Part shown: piece by piece, positions 1 through 13,325 of the stretch
How positions within the stretch are numbered: the stretch's first letter is position 1
Layout: every line of letters begins with the position of its first letter
Assembly (NCBI RefSeq): GCF_009914755.1
Contig: NC_060928.1
From: the human T2T-CHM13v2.0 reference genome, Homo sapiens
DNA: 64,000 nucleotides
Direction: 5' to 3' (one strand)
The notes under the pieces: generated by a model
Databases searched by the model: none
Seen by the model: only the letters and a program-made list of their open reading frames with translations
What the model was told of the DNA's origin: nothing
Program-made: the position numbers and the translations under genes

Positions 1-2554
1 AGAACCTGATAGTTACAAAAAAGTGGGACTAACCAATTGTGGGGTAAATATAAAGTGGTGTGGGGACATATAAGAAAAGTATCCCACTCAGGAAATCAGA
101 GCACCCCTAAACTGAAGCCTGTAGTATAAAGTGGAGCTAGTGAGATACTGAGGTGGAAAATCAAAATGTTTCAGGAAGTGGATAGAGCGTGAGGACACCA
201 GGGTGAGGGAAGAGAAGATCAGGTCCATTTGAGAAAGGAAATAAAGTTCACTAAACCTGTAAGAGAGACATGATGAGCATGCGCTCAGTTATTTAAGAAA
301 ACTCATTCTTAGAGTCAAGTTGCTAAAACTGCAGACTCAGTCCTTCCCTTACAATTCTTTCCAACAAGGTGATGTCTGACTTGCTTTCAAAGCCCCACTT
401 GTAAGAAAAAGTACAAGCATATTTGAATTGACTATTTTTTGCCAGACAGAAACATTCATTCCAGAGTGCCAAGCAGATTTAATGGAAAACCTATATCTTA
501 GTCTCAGTTTTTTAACTTCTGGAAAATTATCTTGCTTGCTTTCTCTTATAGTCAATAGCAGATAATCTGTACTTTGAAAACACTCGTGAAGAAATTTGTA
601 GGCCAATTTTAGAGCCAAATGAATTAAATTATAATGGTAAATGGAGGATGAGGTGTTAGAACAGGAAAAATTTAGGATTGAGGGAATGAAGCTCAGATAC
701 CCTTTCAAGATGTTGGAGAATGACTGAAAAAGTTAAAAGTGATATGAAGAATGATTTTAAAAGTGACTGAGTAAAGGCAAGGTTTTCATAAGAATGTCAA
801 TATTTTATAAGGCAGCAGAAACATTTTGTGGAGAGAGCAAAGGCAGAAAAACAAATGGGAGGAAATTGCAGCTAAAATAGCAAAAATCAAAGTACAAGGG
901 AGAGTATCTGCTATATCATCAAGGTAAAAAGTGTAAGGAAAATGTTAGACAAGAAAAAGACAGAAAACAGAATATTTCAGAGATGGGAAGGTGAAGAGTA
1001 GATTTAGGCTTCAAAAATAGACAATAAAATGTCACAGAAAAAGAGAAATTATAAATAAAGAAAAGGTCCTCTAAGGAATAAAATTATATGTCATATAAAA
1101 CAGAAGTAATGAGTAGCAATGGCAAGGAATTAATCAAAAGGTTAAAAATTGTTCTATAGCAGATACGTCATCTCAAAAATTGAGCAGATCGATTAAGGTA
1201 AAATTTGGTGCTGTTTGGAGGGTTTGGTATTTGATGGTTTTCTGATGAGGGAGCCTTTGAATTAAAAGTATATAGACAAAAGGTCAAATGTTAGAACCAG
1301 GAAACTGACTGATAATAATTAAAAAGGAGAGAGAAAAATTACTAGAATCTGGAGACCACTAACATGAACACTGATCACAATAGTTATGCAGGCATCTCTC
1401 TGAAAAGGTTGACAAGCTTTGCAGAAGGCATGACACACAGGGCAAATGACATGCCAGAGAGCCAAAAATAGCTGATTGTGAATTTCGGAGGCAATCTGAA
1501 ACAGGCCAAAATGGAGAGGTGAGAGAATTATTAACTAGTTTATTTAAAAATATGGCTTTGATAACTAAACATAAATAATTTTCTTTCCTTAAATCTGGAT
1601 CCAAAATAGTGGATCTAGTATTGCCAGATAAGCTATTGAAATAAGTGAGGATGTTATGTATCAAAGTGACCTGCCTTCTAATAGTCAATGGGTGCAGGAA
1701 GAAATAAATTCATGTAAGATGGAGAGTGAGGCAAGTCTATCCCATTTAGTTCATAGTCCTTTATTTTCATGTGTTCTCTGTAGATTGTGTCAAAAGAAAT
1801 AAATAACAGATCTGAGAGAAGACAAATGAACACAATTAAAAAAAGTTATGCTATCATAGGTTAATAAACCCAGGTACCTAACATCATTTTGACAATAGCA
1901 TACAAGCCAAAATATGAGAATATTTAAAGTCTATAAAGAGGACTCCAGGAAAGCTGCAGTGAGAGGCAGCAAAACACAGGTCTATAAAATGAGAAGCAGG
2001 CAGATCTGATCATATTGATGATATCAAAGTGCAGACTGGGCCACTGGCAATGTTTGACTTGCTTTGGAAAGAAGATGCAAATGACATTAGTGCAATGAAA
2101 ATTAGAGATCAGAAGATGAAAATAGACATAGCAGATTTAAAAATTATTAGGAAGCAGGGTATGTATAATTAAGCATTGCTTAGTGCCAATTTATATTTGC
2201 ACGTTACAGCTCTCCACAACTGCACGCAGCTCCCTCATTAATGAGTCATTTTAAAGTTCTCATGGAACAACAAGGCAAGAACACTGAATAGGAGGCTCTG
2301 TAGCTCTCATGAAAAGATGGAATGGTCAATGTCCAAGTATTTTATCAGTTAATATTTTTGTCTTTCAAATGTATGAAGGCAGAAAGTGGCAAAGGCTGGC
2401 AGAGATATTGAGCCACTATAGGAAAGCACCAACTTTGGAAATCACAGAGCCCCTTTGAAATCAGGCTGAAATCACCATCTGTAAGCCTAGGCCAGCTCCT
2501 TACCCAACTGGAATCTCTGTTTTCTTCTCATGCATAAAAAGAGGATAGCATTAG

Positions 2555-2762
2555 CATGCATATATATATATACATATATATATGCATAATTATGTATGCA
2601 TGTATAATATATATATTACACACATATATATTCCATATATATACATATATGTGTGTGTGTATATATATACACACATATATATGCGTGTGTGTATATATGT
2701 TATATATACACACACACATATATATATACACATATATATATACACATATATATATATATATA
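2555..2762. repeat. Compound (TA)n/(TG)n/(CA)n microsatellite
   Basis: Alternating purine-pyrimidine run seen directly; it produces the spurious Y/I/H/C-rich ORFs at 2528-2882. Confidence 0.95.
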
Positions 2763-2980
2763 CCCCTCCTAAGGTTATGGTGTATCATATACACACACTG
2801 GTGCTTAAATATTTTTGTAGATTTTAGGTTAAGTAGCATTTTAAATTGTAAATGGTCAGAAACAGGGAGGAAGACACATTGAAATAATAAAGCAAACTGA
2901 AGAATCTGAGGTTCAGGGCTTCAGAAATGTCTCTATGTAGCTGTTAGATATTATTATCCACAGAATGTTTCACACACAAA

Positions 2981-3012
2981 TAAACAAAAACAAAACAAAA
3001 CAAAACAAAAAA
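2981..3012 (+). repeat. (CAAAA)n simple repeat
   Basis: aaacaaaaacaaaacaaaacaaaacaaaa seen directly. Confidence 0.85.
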
Positions 3013-4666
3013 CTACCTCCCAAGCATGAGAGATTTGAGAAGAAGAGACAAAGGGACATAACAGAAAACATTTTAATCCACTTGGTTACGGAGGGGATGT
3101 GACATAGGATGGAACTTCCAGTTGCAATTATAGTGTTTATGGGACATTATTAAAAGAAAATTTTAAAAAGAGCAAACAAAGGTGGCAAATGCTCTCTGAG
3201 ATAGCAGAAAGAGTGAAATATTAATTCATTCATTTATAAATTTAACACATATTTACTAAGCTAAGCATTGTGAGATAAAAGAATAAATAAATGGGAAAAG
3301 AAATCACGCAAAACAAAAGGGAAAGGTACGACACATATTTGTTTGCATTATGTTAAGTTATAATATGCTTGATGATGATTAAGGCAAGATAAAAATCTAT
3401 ATAAGGAAAATCAGGGCACTACATGTCTGTTACAGCCTGCTGCAAGAATGGCTGATCCAATTTTCATACATTTGCGGGAAGGGTATACATGTTCTGACTC
3501 AACTTATAAGTTGAGGTTGTGGGAAAAAAAAAGGAAGGGAGACATTTCACTCAGGCCTCTGATTTGCCCTTCAGCTGCTTTGTTCATCCACAGTTTGGAG
3601 CCCTGGGTGGAGGCGAAGAAGCAGAAATATGTGCGCTTAACAAAGAACTAGTTATAAATCATACATCAATAAACTGTAAACTGTTCACTTCATGGTAGAT
3701 ATAAAATATCTAAATCATGAAAATTATAAGGAATTATTACTTATTACTGGCCACACAGGGACTAGGCTTTTTAATATCCATCTGTGCATATACAGCCAGC
3801 ACCCAGCACAGTGCCCAACATAGTAATGGCATTTAATATTTATACAACTTAACTATTTTTTAAGTATTTGCCCGTGTTTTAGTAACCCTTTATTTACTTA
3901 TGCCTTTCTGCCATAGTAAGTATATTTCACAGACACTTCTAGACTAATAAATTCAATCCCAGAATGTGTTTATAAAGATATTTTTTGCTGACACAGGGAC
4001 ACTAAAGTCATATTTTCTCAAATCTTTCTCTAATAGAAACAGTAAATGCAAGAAATAATTATCAAAATTAAAGAAAGAAAAAATTGGATATAATAGTAAC
4101 TTGTCACCAAGGCGCCATAGTTGACATAATCAAGTTACGTATGGCTTGAAGGGTTTCTTCCCACCACAGTAAAATTCAATAAGAAAAAATAAAACAAGTA
4201 TTACCGTATTTAAGAAATACTTACAATGTCAAGATGACATACAGGTTCTGTAGTTGTAATGTTGCTATCACTCAGCAAGTAGCTGAATAAATGAGAACTA
4301 GAGCACAATATTATCCATTTTTTAAAAATAACCCAACACAAAAGGTTGCCAAGATACTGTGCTTTTATCATCTCTAAAGCTTGTTCTCCTGGTTACTTTT
4401 GTTCTATGTACTCTACGTGATGAAGTTTATTGCTGTAGTTAAATCTAATTTTCATTTTTAGTGCTGTCGTATGATGGTGAGAGACACAAAAGGCTAACAA
4501 CACTGGGTCTTCAGGCAAAATTCTTCTATCATGGTGAAACTTAAGCTTATTTCCCATAATAATTTTTTAAAAACTAAATGGCTTCAGAATTTCTTAGTTT
4601 GTGCCAGCCAAGCTTTTGCCAAATAAAAATATATTCTCATTTGTCTGGTGGTTGTGCTATGGAGGA

Positions 4667-5132
4667 TGACAAAGATTCTCTCCTTGACCAAACTTCATTC
4701 AGGCTCTTCCGAGCTCTTTTTCAACTGTGCCCCATACCCGAACATGTCCTCAAGAGTCCAGTTTTAGTAAAAATTCCATTTAGCCAGAATCCCTCATCCT
4801 TGATAACTGATCGTTGTGGATATCTAATCAGAGTCCTCATCCTCCACCATCCCCCACATGGTGCCTGATCTGTTATCAGCAAGAATACTGTTAGGTACAA
4901 AATCTCCTCTCATACCTGATGTTTCCTCTTAGTAATTTTCCACCCACCAACCCCCTACCCTGATCCTTGGCTACAAATCCCCATTTTTTCTTGTTGTATC
5001 TGAAGTTAACCCCAATCTCTCTCCCCTACTACAAAATCCCATTGCTGTAGCCCTTATACCTATTATAGTAGTCCTGAATAAAACCTGCCTTACCAATCTT
5101 TCGTGTGTCATGAGTCATCTTTTTCCTTATTA
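4667..5132 (+). mobile_element. Solo ERV1 LTR, MER31-like
   Basis: Starts TGACAAAGATTCTCTCCTTGACCAAACTT..CAGGCTCTTCCGAGC, matching the recalled MER31 5' end; AATAAA near 5077. Confidence 0.7.
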
Positions 5133-5937
5133 GGGAGAATTCTCTTTCTCCCCTTAGTATTATTTCTGCATCACATATAATACTGACTGCATTTTAAAAT
5201 GTTACCTGGTAGGATTTAATACCTTCAGGATCTCATCTCCATACAGACTTCTTTAATCATGGGATTAACAATCCTGAAGATAACTCACTTTACATATTCA
5301 AGGAGTTTACAGCCTAAAAGGGGAATGAACCCAGACAAGTAAATGGCGATCGTTATCTGAGGGAAATGGAATTGTTAAGAAGGAAGAGAAATTTTTATTA
5401 TTTATGTCACAATGGAATATATAGATACAGATAGATATAAAATTGAGATCAAATATGCTTTTCTGCCCTTTCAAAATCCTCTGTAATGAATTGCTTTTTA
5501 TATTCCAGGAAAATAACAAATAACACATGTTGAAAATTTACAGTTCAAAAACAGGCATATTCAAGGTCCTGGGTGCACTGGAGACAAACCTCTCAATCTT
5601 GGGGGAGGGGGTGTAACATTTCTCAAAAGAAGTAACGTCTCAGCTAAAAGCTGATTTAACATTACTCACTTCTTTGCTTCCTTATTACCCACAAGCTATT
5701 TGCTAATTCCTATCTCCATGCATTTATTTATTCCATCATGCCATTAAAAATACTCAGTCTTCATCATTATAGTGTCCATTATCTCTTTCATGCCTCAGTT
5801 CACAAGACACATGTCCATCAGTATTTAATGAGACAGCTGGAAATGATCTTTTTGGAAACTTAGTTTGAATAATCCCATCCTATTATTAAATACTGCAATT
5901 AGTTTGTTAAAAAATAACCACCTGCAAAAATTCAAGG

Positions 5938-6233
5938 TGAAAGAAAACTCAGATGTCTATCAGTATTTGTGTGCCAAAAGTGGTGCCACTGCCAATGAGC
6001 AGAGTAAGGGGAGTCAATGCATGGAAAATTACTGAGACACATCGAGGGTAGGGTGACTGTGGCCTAACTAAGGTAACGAGATTCCTGTTGAAGGGAGGAC
6101 AGAATGGGGGGATTCTCGCTAAACAAACGTTAACAGGATTCTTGCTAAAATTGGATTCAGCAAGGGCTAACACAGTCAAGAAGAGTGCTCAGAGGAGCCT
6201 GACTAAAGTTTGGCCAAGGGGAAAGTTGGCACA
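5938..6233 (-). mobile_element. ERV1 LTR fragment, MER67/MER31-related
   Basis: Reverse strand reads ..TTGGCCAAACTTTAGTCAGGCTCCTCTGAGC..TTTAGCAAGAATCCTG..TTTAGCGAGAATCCCCC, the same motif family as the 4667 LTR. Confidence 0.6.
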
Positions 6234-6580
6234 AGAGTAATAGTAATAATAATATCTTTTTTAACAAACGAAGGAACTAAGGTTTACAGAGGTTAACTGA
6301 TCTTCCAAAGATCACTCAGCTAGTGAGCAGGTATTCAAACTTTTGGATTTAACTCCCAAGCTCAAGCTGTTAACCATGTGCTTTCCTCCCTCTTTCTTAG
6401 AAGAAGCTGCGGTAGATCAGAGGTCCCCAACCCCTATGCCGCAGACCTGCACCACCCATTGCTGGTTAGGAACCAGGCCACACAGCAGGAGGTGAGCAGT
6501 AGGCCAGTGAGCATGACTGCCTGAACTCCACCTCCTGCCCAATCAGCGGTGGGATTAGATTCTCACAGGAATGCAAACCC

Positions 6581-7881
6581 ATCAATACCTAGTTTATTGA
6601 GAGTTTTTAGCATGAAGGGGTGTTGAATTTTATCAAAGACCTTTTCTGCATCTACCCACAGCCAGTATCATACTGAATGGCAAAAGCTGGAAGCATTCCC
6701 CTTGAAAACCGGCACAAGCAAGGAGGCCCTCTCTCGCCACTCCTATTCAACATAGTATTAGTCATCATTCTCAGTAAACTATCGCAAGAACAAAAAACCA
6801 AACACCGCATATTCTCACTCATAGGTGGGAATTGAACAATGAGATCACATGGACACATGAAGGGGAATATCACACTCTGGGGACTGTGGTGGGGTGGGGG
6901 GAGCGGGGAGGGATAGCATTGGGAGATATACCTAAGGCTAGATGACGAGTTAGTGGGTGCAGCGCACAAGCATGTACCCTAAAACTTAAAGTATAATAAA
7001 AAAAAAAAAAGAAAGAAAAAAAAAAAGTTCTGGCCAAGGCAGTCACGCAAGAGAAAGAAATAAAGGGCTTTCAAATAGGAAGAGAGTATGTCAAATTTTC
7101 TCTGTTTGCAGATGGCATGATTGTACATTTAGAAAACCCCATCGTCTCAGTCCAAAATCTCCTTTAGCTGATGAGCAACTTCAGCAAAGTCTCAGGATAC
7201 AAAATCAATGTGCAAAACTCACAAGCATTCCTATACAGCAATAATAGACAACAGATGCTGGAGAGGATGTGGAGAAATAGGAACCCCTTTACACTGTTGG
7301 TGGGAGTGTAAATTAGTTCAACCATTGGGGGAAACATTGCGGTGATTCCTCAAGGATCTAGAACTAGAAATACCGTTTGACCCAGCAATCCTATTACTGG
7401 GTATACATCCAAAGGATTATAAAGCACTCTACTATAAAGACACATGCACACATATGTTTATTGCAGCACTATTCACAATAGCAAAGACTTGGAACCTACC
7501 CAAATGCCCATCAATGATATAGTGGATAAAGAAAATGTGGCACATGGAATACTATGCAGCCATAAAAAGGATGAGTTCGTGTCCTTTGCAGGGACATGGA
7601 TGAAGCTGGAAACCATCATTCTCAGCAAACTAACATGAGAACAGAAAACCAAACACCGCATGTTCTCACTCATAAGTGGGAGTTGAACAATGAGAACACA
7701 TGGACACAGGGAAGGGAACATCACACACCAGGGCCTGTTGGAGGGTGGGCGGGCTAGGGGAGGGATAGCATTAGGAGGAATACCTAATGTAGATGACAGG
7801 TTGATGGGTGCAGCAAGCCACCATGGCACATGTATAGCTATGTAATGAACCTGCACGTTCTGCACATGTACCCCAGAATTT

Positions 7882-7915
<34 letters not shown>
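6581..7915 (+). mobile_element. 5'-truncated, 5'-inverted L1 (L1PA7-like) with an internal ORF2 deletion
   Basis: Antisense ORF2 piece 6581-6654, then sense ORF2; ORF2 jump at ~7250; PA7-type 3'UTR (GGCTAGGGGAGGGATAGCATTAGGA); polyA ~7887-7915; TSD GAATGCAAACCC at 6569-6580 and 7916-7927. Confidence 0.9.
6762..7026 (+). mobile_element. Young L1 3' end (L1PA2-like, non-Ta) nested in the older L1
   Basis: GAGATCACATGGACAC..AATATCACACTCTGGGGACTGTGGTGGGG..GCATTGGGAGATATACC; GAG rather than ACA at 6947-6949; polyA tail. Confidence 0.85.
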
Positions 7916-7917
<2 letters not shown>

Positions 7918-8589
7918 ATGCAAACCCTATTGTGAACTGCACATGTGAGGGATCTGGGTGAGCTCTCCTTATAAGAATCCAATGCCTGATGATCTGAGGT
8001 GGAACAGTTTCATCCTGAAACCATTCCTCCAGCCCCCCATCCCCGTCCGTGGAAAAATTATCTCCCATGAAATCAGTTCTTGGTGTTAAAAAGGTTGAGA
8101 ACTGTTGCTATAGATAATGGAGAGCTGCTTCTCAGGGTTGGTCTTCATCTAGAGATTACTTACTCAATGAAATTAAAGAATTCCTGAATTTGGTAGGAGG
8201 TGATCGCTGAGGTATGCTCTAATTTTAAGTGTTTATGGTTTTTTGATTCCACTATGATGATTATTTTGATTTTTAATTTGGGCTAGAAGAAACCTTAAAA
8301 TAACCTAGCTTGACACCATAATTTTAGAGGTAATAAAACTGAGACTAAGAAAAATAAGGTGATTGTCCATAATAATACAGTAGGTTTATGACAAAGCAGA
8401 GACACTGACTCATGAGCCTGAGATCACGTTTGTCTATTATTTTGTAATGAACTAATCCATATCCCGTATACCTCATTGACTAGTTTTTCTTAAACATTAT
8501 TTTTTAGTCCTACACAGGAAACAGGTGGTTCACTATTGCTTAACCTATCAAATACAAAGACTGTTTGCTTTGTAAGATCCTCAGAAGCC

Positions 8590-8936
8590 TTTTTTGTTTG
8601 TTTGTTTATGTTTTTGTTTTTTGGGGTTTTTTTTGTTTAGTTTTGTTTTGTTTTAGACAAAGTCTCGCTCTTTTTCCCAGGCTGGACTGCAGTGGCACAA
8701 TCTTGCCTAACTGCAACCTCTGCCCCCCGGGTTCTAGCAATTCTCATGTCTCAGCCTCCCGAGTAGCTGGGATTACAAGTGCCCACAACCACTCCAGGCT
8801 AATTTTTGTAGTTTTTAGTAGAGATGGGATTTCACCATGTTGGCCACGCTTGTCTCAAACTCCTGACCTCAGGTGATCCACCCAGCTGGGCATCCCAAAG
8901 TGCTGGGAATATGGGTGTGAGGCACCGCACCCGGCT
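8590..8936 (-). mobile_element. AluS (Sx-like)
   Basis: Full dimer on the minus strand with a T-rich tail; GAAGCCT on both sides is a possible TSD remnant. Confidence 0.95.
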
Positions 8937-10714
8937 GGAAGCCTGGTTTTTGACTGTCCTCAGAATGGATGAATTTTGTTTTGTGTTGGGGAAAATAGTT
9001 ATCTGATTCAAAGTTTTTTGCCACTAGGTTATTGACCCCTTAATTAGTCCAGGCTATGTGCATTTTAACACATAGATGACACACTAGTCCAAATTAACCT
9101 GGAAATAGAGTTTCAGTTAGTATGATCTTACTCTTAGGAGAAAGAGCTATTTTTGGATAGACTTCTTCTACCTTGCAGAAGTGAAATGGTTCATCTTTCC
9201 ACAGACTCCCTATTTATTGATCTAATATCTGAGATAACCATATGCACCACGTTTTCTCTTCATAGTTAGCCCTGGACATAGTAAGGTAATTCCAGCTGAA
9301 TTCACTGTTTTAATAGGATACTACTGCCAGAGTTTCCTATGCCATCTCTTGGGAAGGAGCCAGAATCTGGACCACTGCACTGTCAGCAAACCTCCACACA
9401 AGTCACTGAGCAATATCTGTTCATGGATGCTCACTGTTTACATACTGTTAATCATGAAACCTAAAACATCTAAGCTCAAGTAAACAAACAAATTATGTGG
9501 AACCTTTTTTTCCAAAGTGAAGAATGGTAGTACTTGAAGCTAAATTTCATTTAGCTAATCTTATGGAGGAAAAATAGAGAAAATGGCAATGAATCTAATT
9601 TTTCTGGATAGTGTAGTGAGTAAATAATTTATTTTGTTTTCACCAAATCCCTAACATCTGCTGGTAATTTCACAGTACTGGACTTAAGTAAATAACAATA
9701 ATTTGTAAAGTGCCTACTTGGAAAATGGAGGCTGAAATGTTATTTTTAATTATAGCTTAGATTATTGCTAATAACTTAAGCAGGAGCAAGAATAATACCA
9801 AAGAAAAGCTTTTACAACATTGTGACAAAAGATTACAAGTTGGGCTTTGTTAAAATATGTGACTCATAGGAACATGGGACAAATTATGCCTTTCCAGCCC
9901 TAGTGATGTTCAATTTCAAAGCTAAAAGTAATACTCTACGTCATGGATGGCATGATGAAAGGGATACACAGAGCTTCATTACTGCCTCAAGGAAGTTGTT
10001 CTCAAAAGTAATGGGAGAAATAATTCTGAAGAATTCTCTATAAATGAATTATCTATATTTCTGGGTTAAATCTACATTTCTGGGTTAAATGCAGTAACTG
10101 GACTTTGTCCAAAGTAAAGAGAAGGCAGTAAGTCAGTCCAGAGTGGAAGTGCATCTTTTAGAGAGTTAGATTTCTCCAATTTCTATACAATGTTTTCTTC
10201 AGGAATAAATAGAAAAAGCTAGAGGAGTTTGTGAAAAGCTATATACGTATATCTTCTGCTAATTTCAGTTGAATGAGGTGCTTGGTAGAAGATTAGTTAG
10301 CAAAGTAACTCTGAGTTCCAGCTCTGTCACATTCTAACAGAGCACCTTTGGCAAACTTAAGCTCTTCCCCCTCTTCAGATTTTTCTCATCTGCAAAGAAA
10401 AAAAAGATTTGCAATATTGTACTTTACATAATTTGCTATAAAGATCATGTCAAATGATATAGTAGAGGTAAATCATAAATTATGAAGAACTGTGCTCCAT
10501 CAATTACTACATAAAAAAGATATGTTTCTTTTATTATGAAATTTCTAGTATTTAAAATGGGAGGTACTAGAACAGATACATGCATTTAGTTAGAGTTTGA
10601 TTAAAAACCTGCTAGTCCCCTCAATTTGCTTGTTTTAATGGCCTCACTGACTTTTCCTAGTTTCAAATTCAACAGCAATTATTTTCATCCTAAAATAGTG
10701 AGTTAGGGTAGTAG

Positions 10715-10930
10715 TTCTGAATCCTAACTCATGGATTTGACTCCCAATTCTTCCACTTACTGGTAATGTATGTTAATTTTTACTTTTAACTGCCTTGGGT
10801 TTTTTCTAAGTGGGGGATCATAATAAAGATACTTAACCAATAAGGTTATTTACATGATTAAAATAACTAAATATATGTCAAGTGCTCCATTCAATGCTTC
10901 ACACATAGTAAGGACTCAATATATGTTGGC
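10715..10930 (+). mobile_element. MIR fragment
   Basis: MIR-like core (ggatttgactcccaattcttccacttact..ataataaagatactt..cacatagtaaggactcaatatatgtt); boundaries approximate. Confidence 0.6.
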
Positions 10931-11429
10931 TATTTTTAATATTTTCACACAGACCCGCAGAGTCAAATAAAGTGGAGACACTATCCACTTAACTATTCCT
11001 TCCACCTGTGTCCCTAAGTGCATTCATTCTTGGTAGACAAAAAATTTTACTTCTTTCACACTTATCCTCTTCCATCTTTTCTTCAGTATCTTTGATTTCC
11101 AATGGTTATGGTATGCCATGTTTAAACTTCAAGAGCCTTCTCAATTCTCTTCATCACTAAATGACACTTTAAACAAAAAATAAGAATTGTCGTATCCAAA
11201 GGACTCTTTTTTATCCTCTCTATTCTTGTTCTATCTCATGCTTCAGACAATCCTAAAGAAACTATATTTTGTAAAAAATAAATCTGACATTATATATGTC
11301 TAGTGTATATGCATATCTAACTTCTTTGATACTATAACTTCTCTGGCTCCCTGTGACATCCAGCTGTTGCTTCTCATTTAAGCTTCTTTACTTTTGCTCG
11401 TTTTTTTCTCAGAAGACTCATCTATTTTC

Positions 11430-12200
11430 TTGGCTTTAGTGATAACCCTTGTGTAGATGACTCACAGATTTTCACCATGGGGCCTGATCTCTGATCCTGG
11501 CAGTAGAGCTCTCCAGTTTTCCACTGGATGGTTCATTTCAAATATAAAAAGGAAACATATCCACTCCAAGCACACAGCATTTTTACTTAAAATTAGTCCT
11601 TCTAATTTACCCACCTCTATTCATGGTGTTTCCATTTTCCCAGCCCCTTAGATATGACTATAAATCATCTTTGACTCATTCCTTTTTTTTTATTCTCTAT
11701 ATTCTATTCATGGCCAGGAATTCCATAGTTCTGCTTGAAATAATTACTTTGTTCTTTACCTCCTTTCTGTCTCCACTGACAACATTTAAATATGGGTCTT
11801 ATTATTTCACCCATAATTGAACTACTGTTAACAGCTCTTTGGCTTTTCCAGAATTCCTGTTGCTTTCTCACCCAATCATTCTTTCTGGCTTACAACAGCC
11901 AAATTAATTATTATGACATGTATTTTCATTTTGTGAGCCCCTGCCTAGAAGTCTGAATGTTCATAAATGTTACAGTATGAAGTATAAACCCCCTTGCCTA
12001 GTTTGCAGATTTCTCATTGCCTAAAAATGACACACACAAATGTTCACGCCTCACTTCTTTGTAACACTTCTGTTCTATTCAGCCTTACTTCTTCATTGCT
12101 CCTTAAAAATGTCTTGTGTTTTTCCTTTACTCATGCCTGCCTGCTATATTAGGATGGTCTTCCCTTCCACCAAGGCCAAGCCTACCACCCTATATCAGGC
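11430..12200 (+). mobile_element. Degenerate L2 fragment
   Basis: Pyrimidine-rich sequence with L2 3'-region motifs (gatgactcacagatt, ccactggatg..catttcaaa); boundaries approximate. Confidence 0.5.
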
Positions 12201-13325
12201 ACCTTGTTAATTTAAGGTACAATAATAAACAATCCGTGGTTCTTAGTGGTCCACAACAAAAAATGTTTACTTCTAACTCATGCCGTGGTAATCTCAACTC
12301 TCTGTGGATCTCTCTACGTAACCGCCATTCTAGTACCCAGACTGATAGAATAGTTTCCCTTGGGACATTGACATTCTTGTTTTTTGGGGGTGTCAGGGAG
12401 GAGAGCACTTTGGTAGGGGCTGTTAAAGCTTTTGCTTGGAATTAGCACATTTCACATCTCTTTACATTTCAATAGACAAGACAAATCAGTGGTGAAACCT
12501 AATATTAGTAGGATGGGGATGTATCTTTTCCTCAATGGAGAGGCACAGCAAATCCGACAGCTAAACCTTATGTTGAAGGAACTGGAATGTACAATACTTC
12601 CATAAAGAAAAACAGCTAATATTTTGAATATTATTAGTCTACTACAGTCTACTCTCTTTGTCACAAATAAGGACTTTCCTTCCTTCTGCTGACAAAATAG
12701 ACTCACTCCATCTCCAAGAGAGAAAATGCCCAAGTTCAAAGTCTCTGTTCATATGATATTCTGTATTGATATCATATCAGGATATGACTGCTCTTGATTT
12801 ACACATTTGTTAATTAAAAAGTTAATGTTAATTGTATGCCCATGACATCCCCAATAGACAACTGTAGTACAGAAATGGGATAGTATCAATAAATATTCAC
12901 ATTTGTAAAGGAGAAGAATAGGCCATGTACAGCAGTTATGGGTAGATAGAAATTCTTACACTTTCCTGGGGAAGTGATGAGGCATGCCACCCCGGCGAGA
13001 GGAGTGTTTGATTAAGGAACACTCCTCTTGCCTAGGTAGCATGCCTCCTTCAAACTAGTTACTTAGTCTACTTTTTTCCATCATCTTCTCTGTGGCTTAA
13101 TGATATTCCTCTTTCATGAATTTATGGAGCACTAATAGGTGTTATCAAGTTGCATACATTTAATTTAGACATTCTGATAATATTTTATGTACATTAATAT
13201 TATTTCTCCAAACAACTTGTACATTTGTCAGAAGAACTAATCTTCTCTGAACCTGTGTAAGGATAAGCTAGTTCCCCATATAGGGTTTCAGTAACAACTT
13301 TATAAGGATATTGTATGTAATGAAG

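Larger units (their letters stand above)
6418..8107 (+). mobile_element. MER1B (hAT-Charlie non-autonomous DNA transposon), split by an L1 into 6418-6580 and 7916-8107
   Basis: CAGAGGTCCCCAACCCC start and AAAAAGGTTGAGAACTGTTG end (degenerate TIRs); 8-bp flanks cggtagat/ctatagat (6/8); sequence resumes in register after the L1. Confidence 0.9.

Noticed and set aside
900-2300. Purine-rich stretch that might be a very old LINE (L2/CR1) coding remnant
   Set aside because: I could not match it to a consensus with confidence; needs a Dfam search.
2528-2882. Three overlapping 81-108-aa ORFs
   Set aside because: Artefacts of a stop-free TA/CA/TG microsatellite.
3498-3515. Perfect 18-bp palindrome CTCAACTTATAAGTTGAG
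   Set aside because: An isolated 9-bp arm is roughly expected by chance in 64 kb of AT-rich DNA; no supporting context.
4667-6233. Related MER31/MER67-type LTRs in inverted orientation as ends of one element
   Set aside because: Proviral LTRs are direct repeats, and similarity is limited to family motifs; two independent solo LTRs is simpler.
7473-9006. ORFs of 60-169 aa over L1 3'UTR and Alu (likewise at 38009, 38648, 42895, 45719, 59532)
   Set aside because: Typical antisense L1/Alu translations, not genes.
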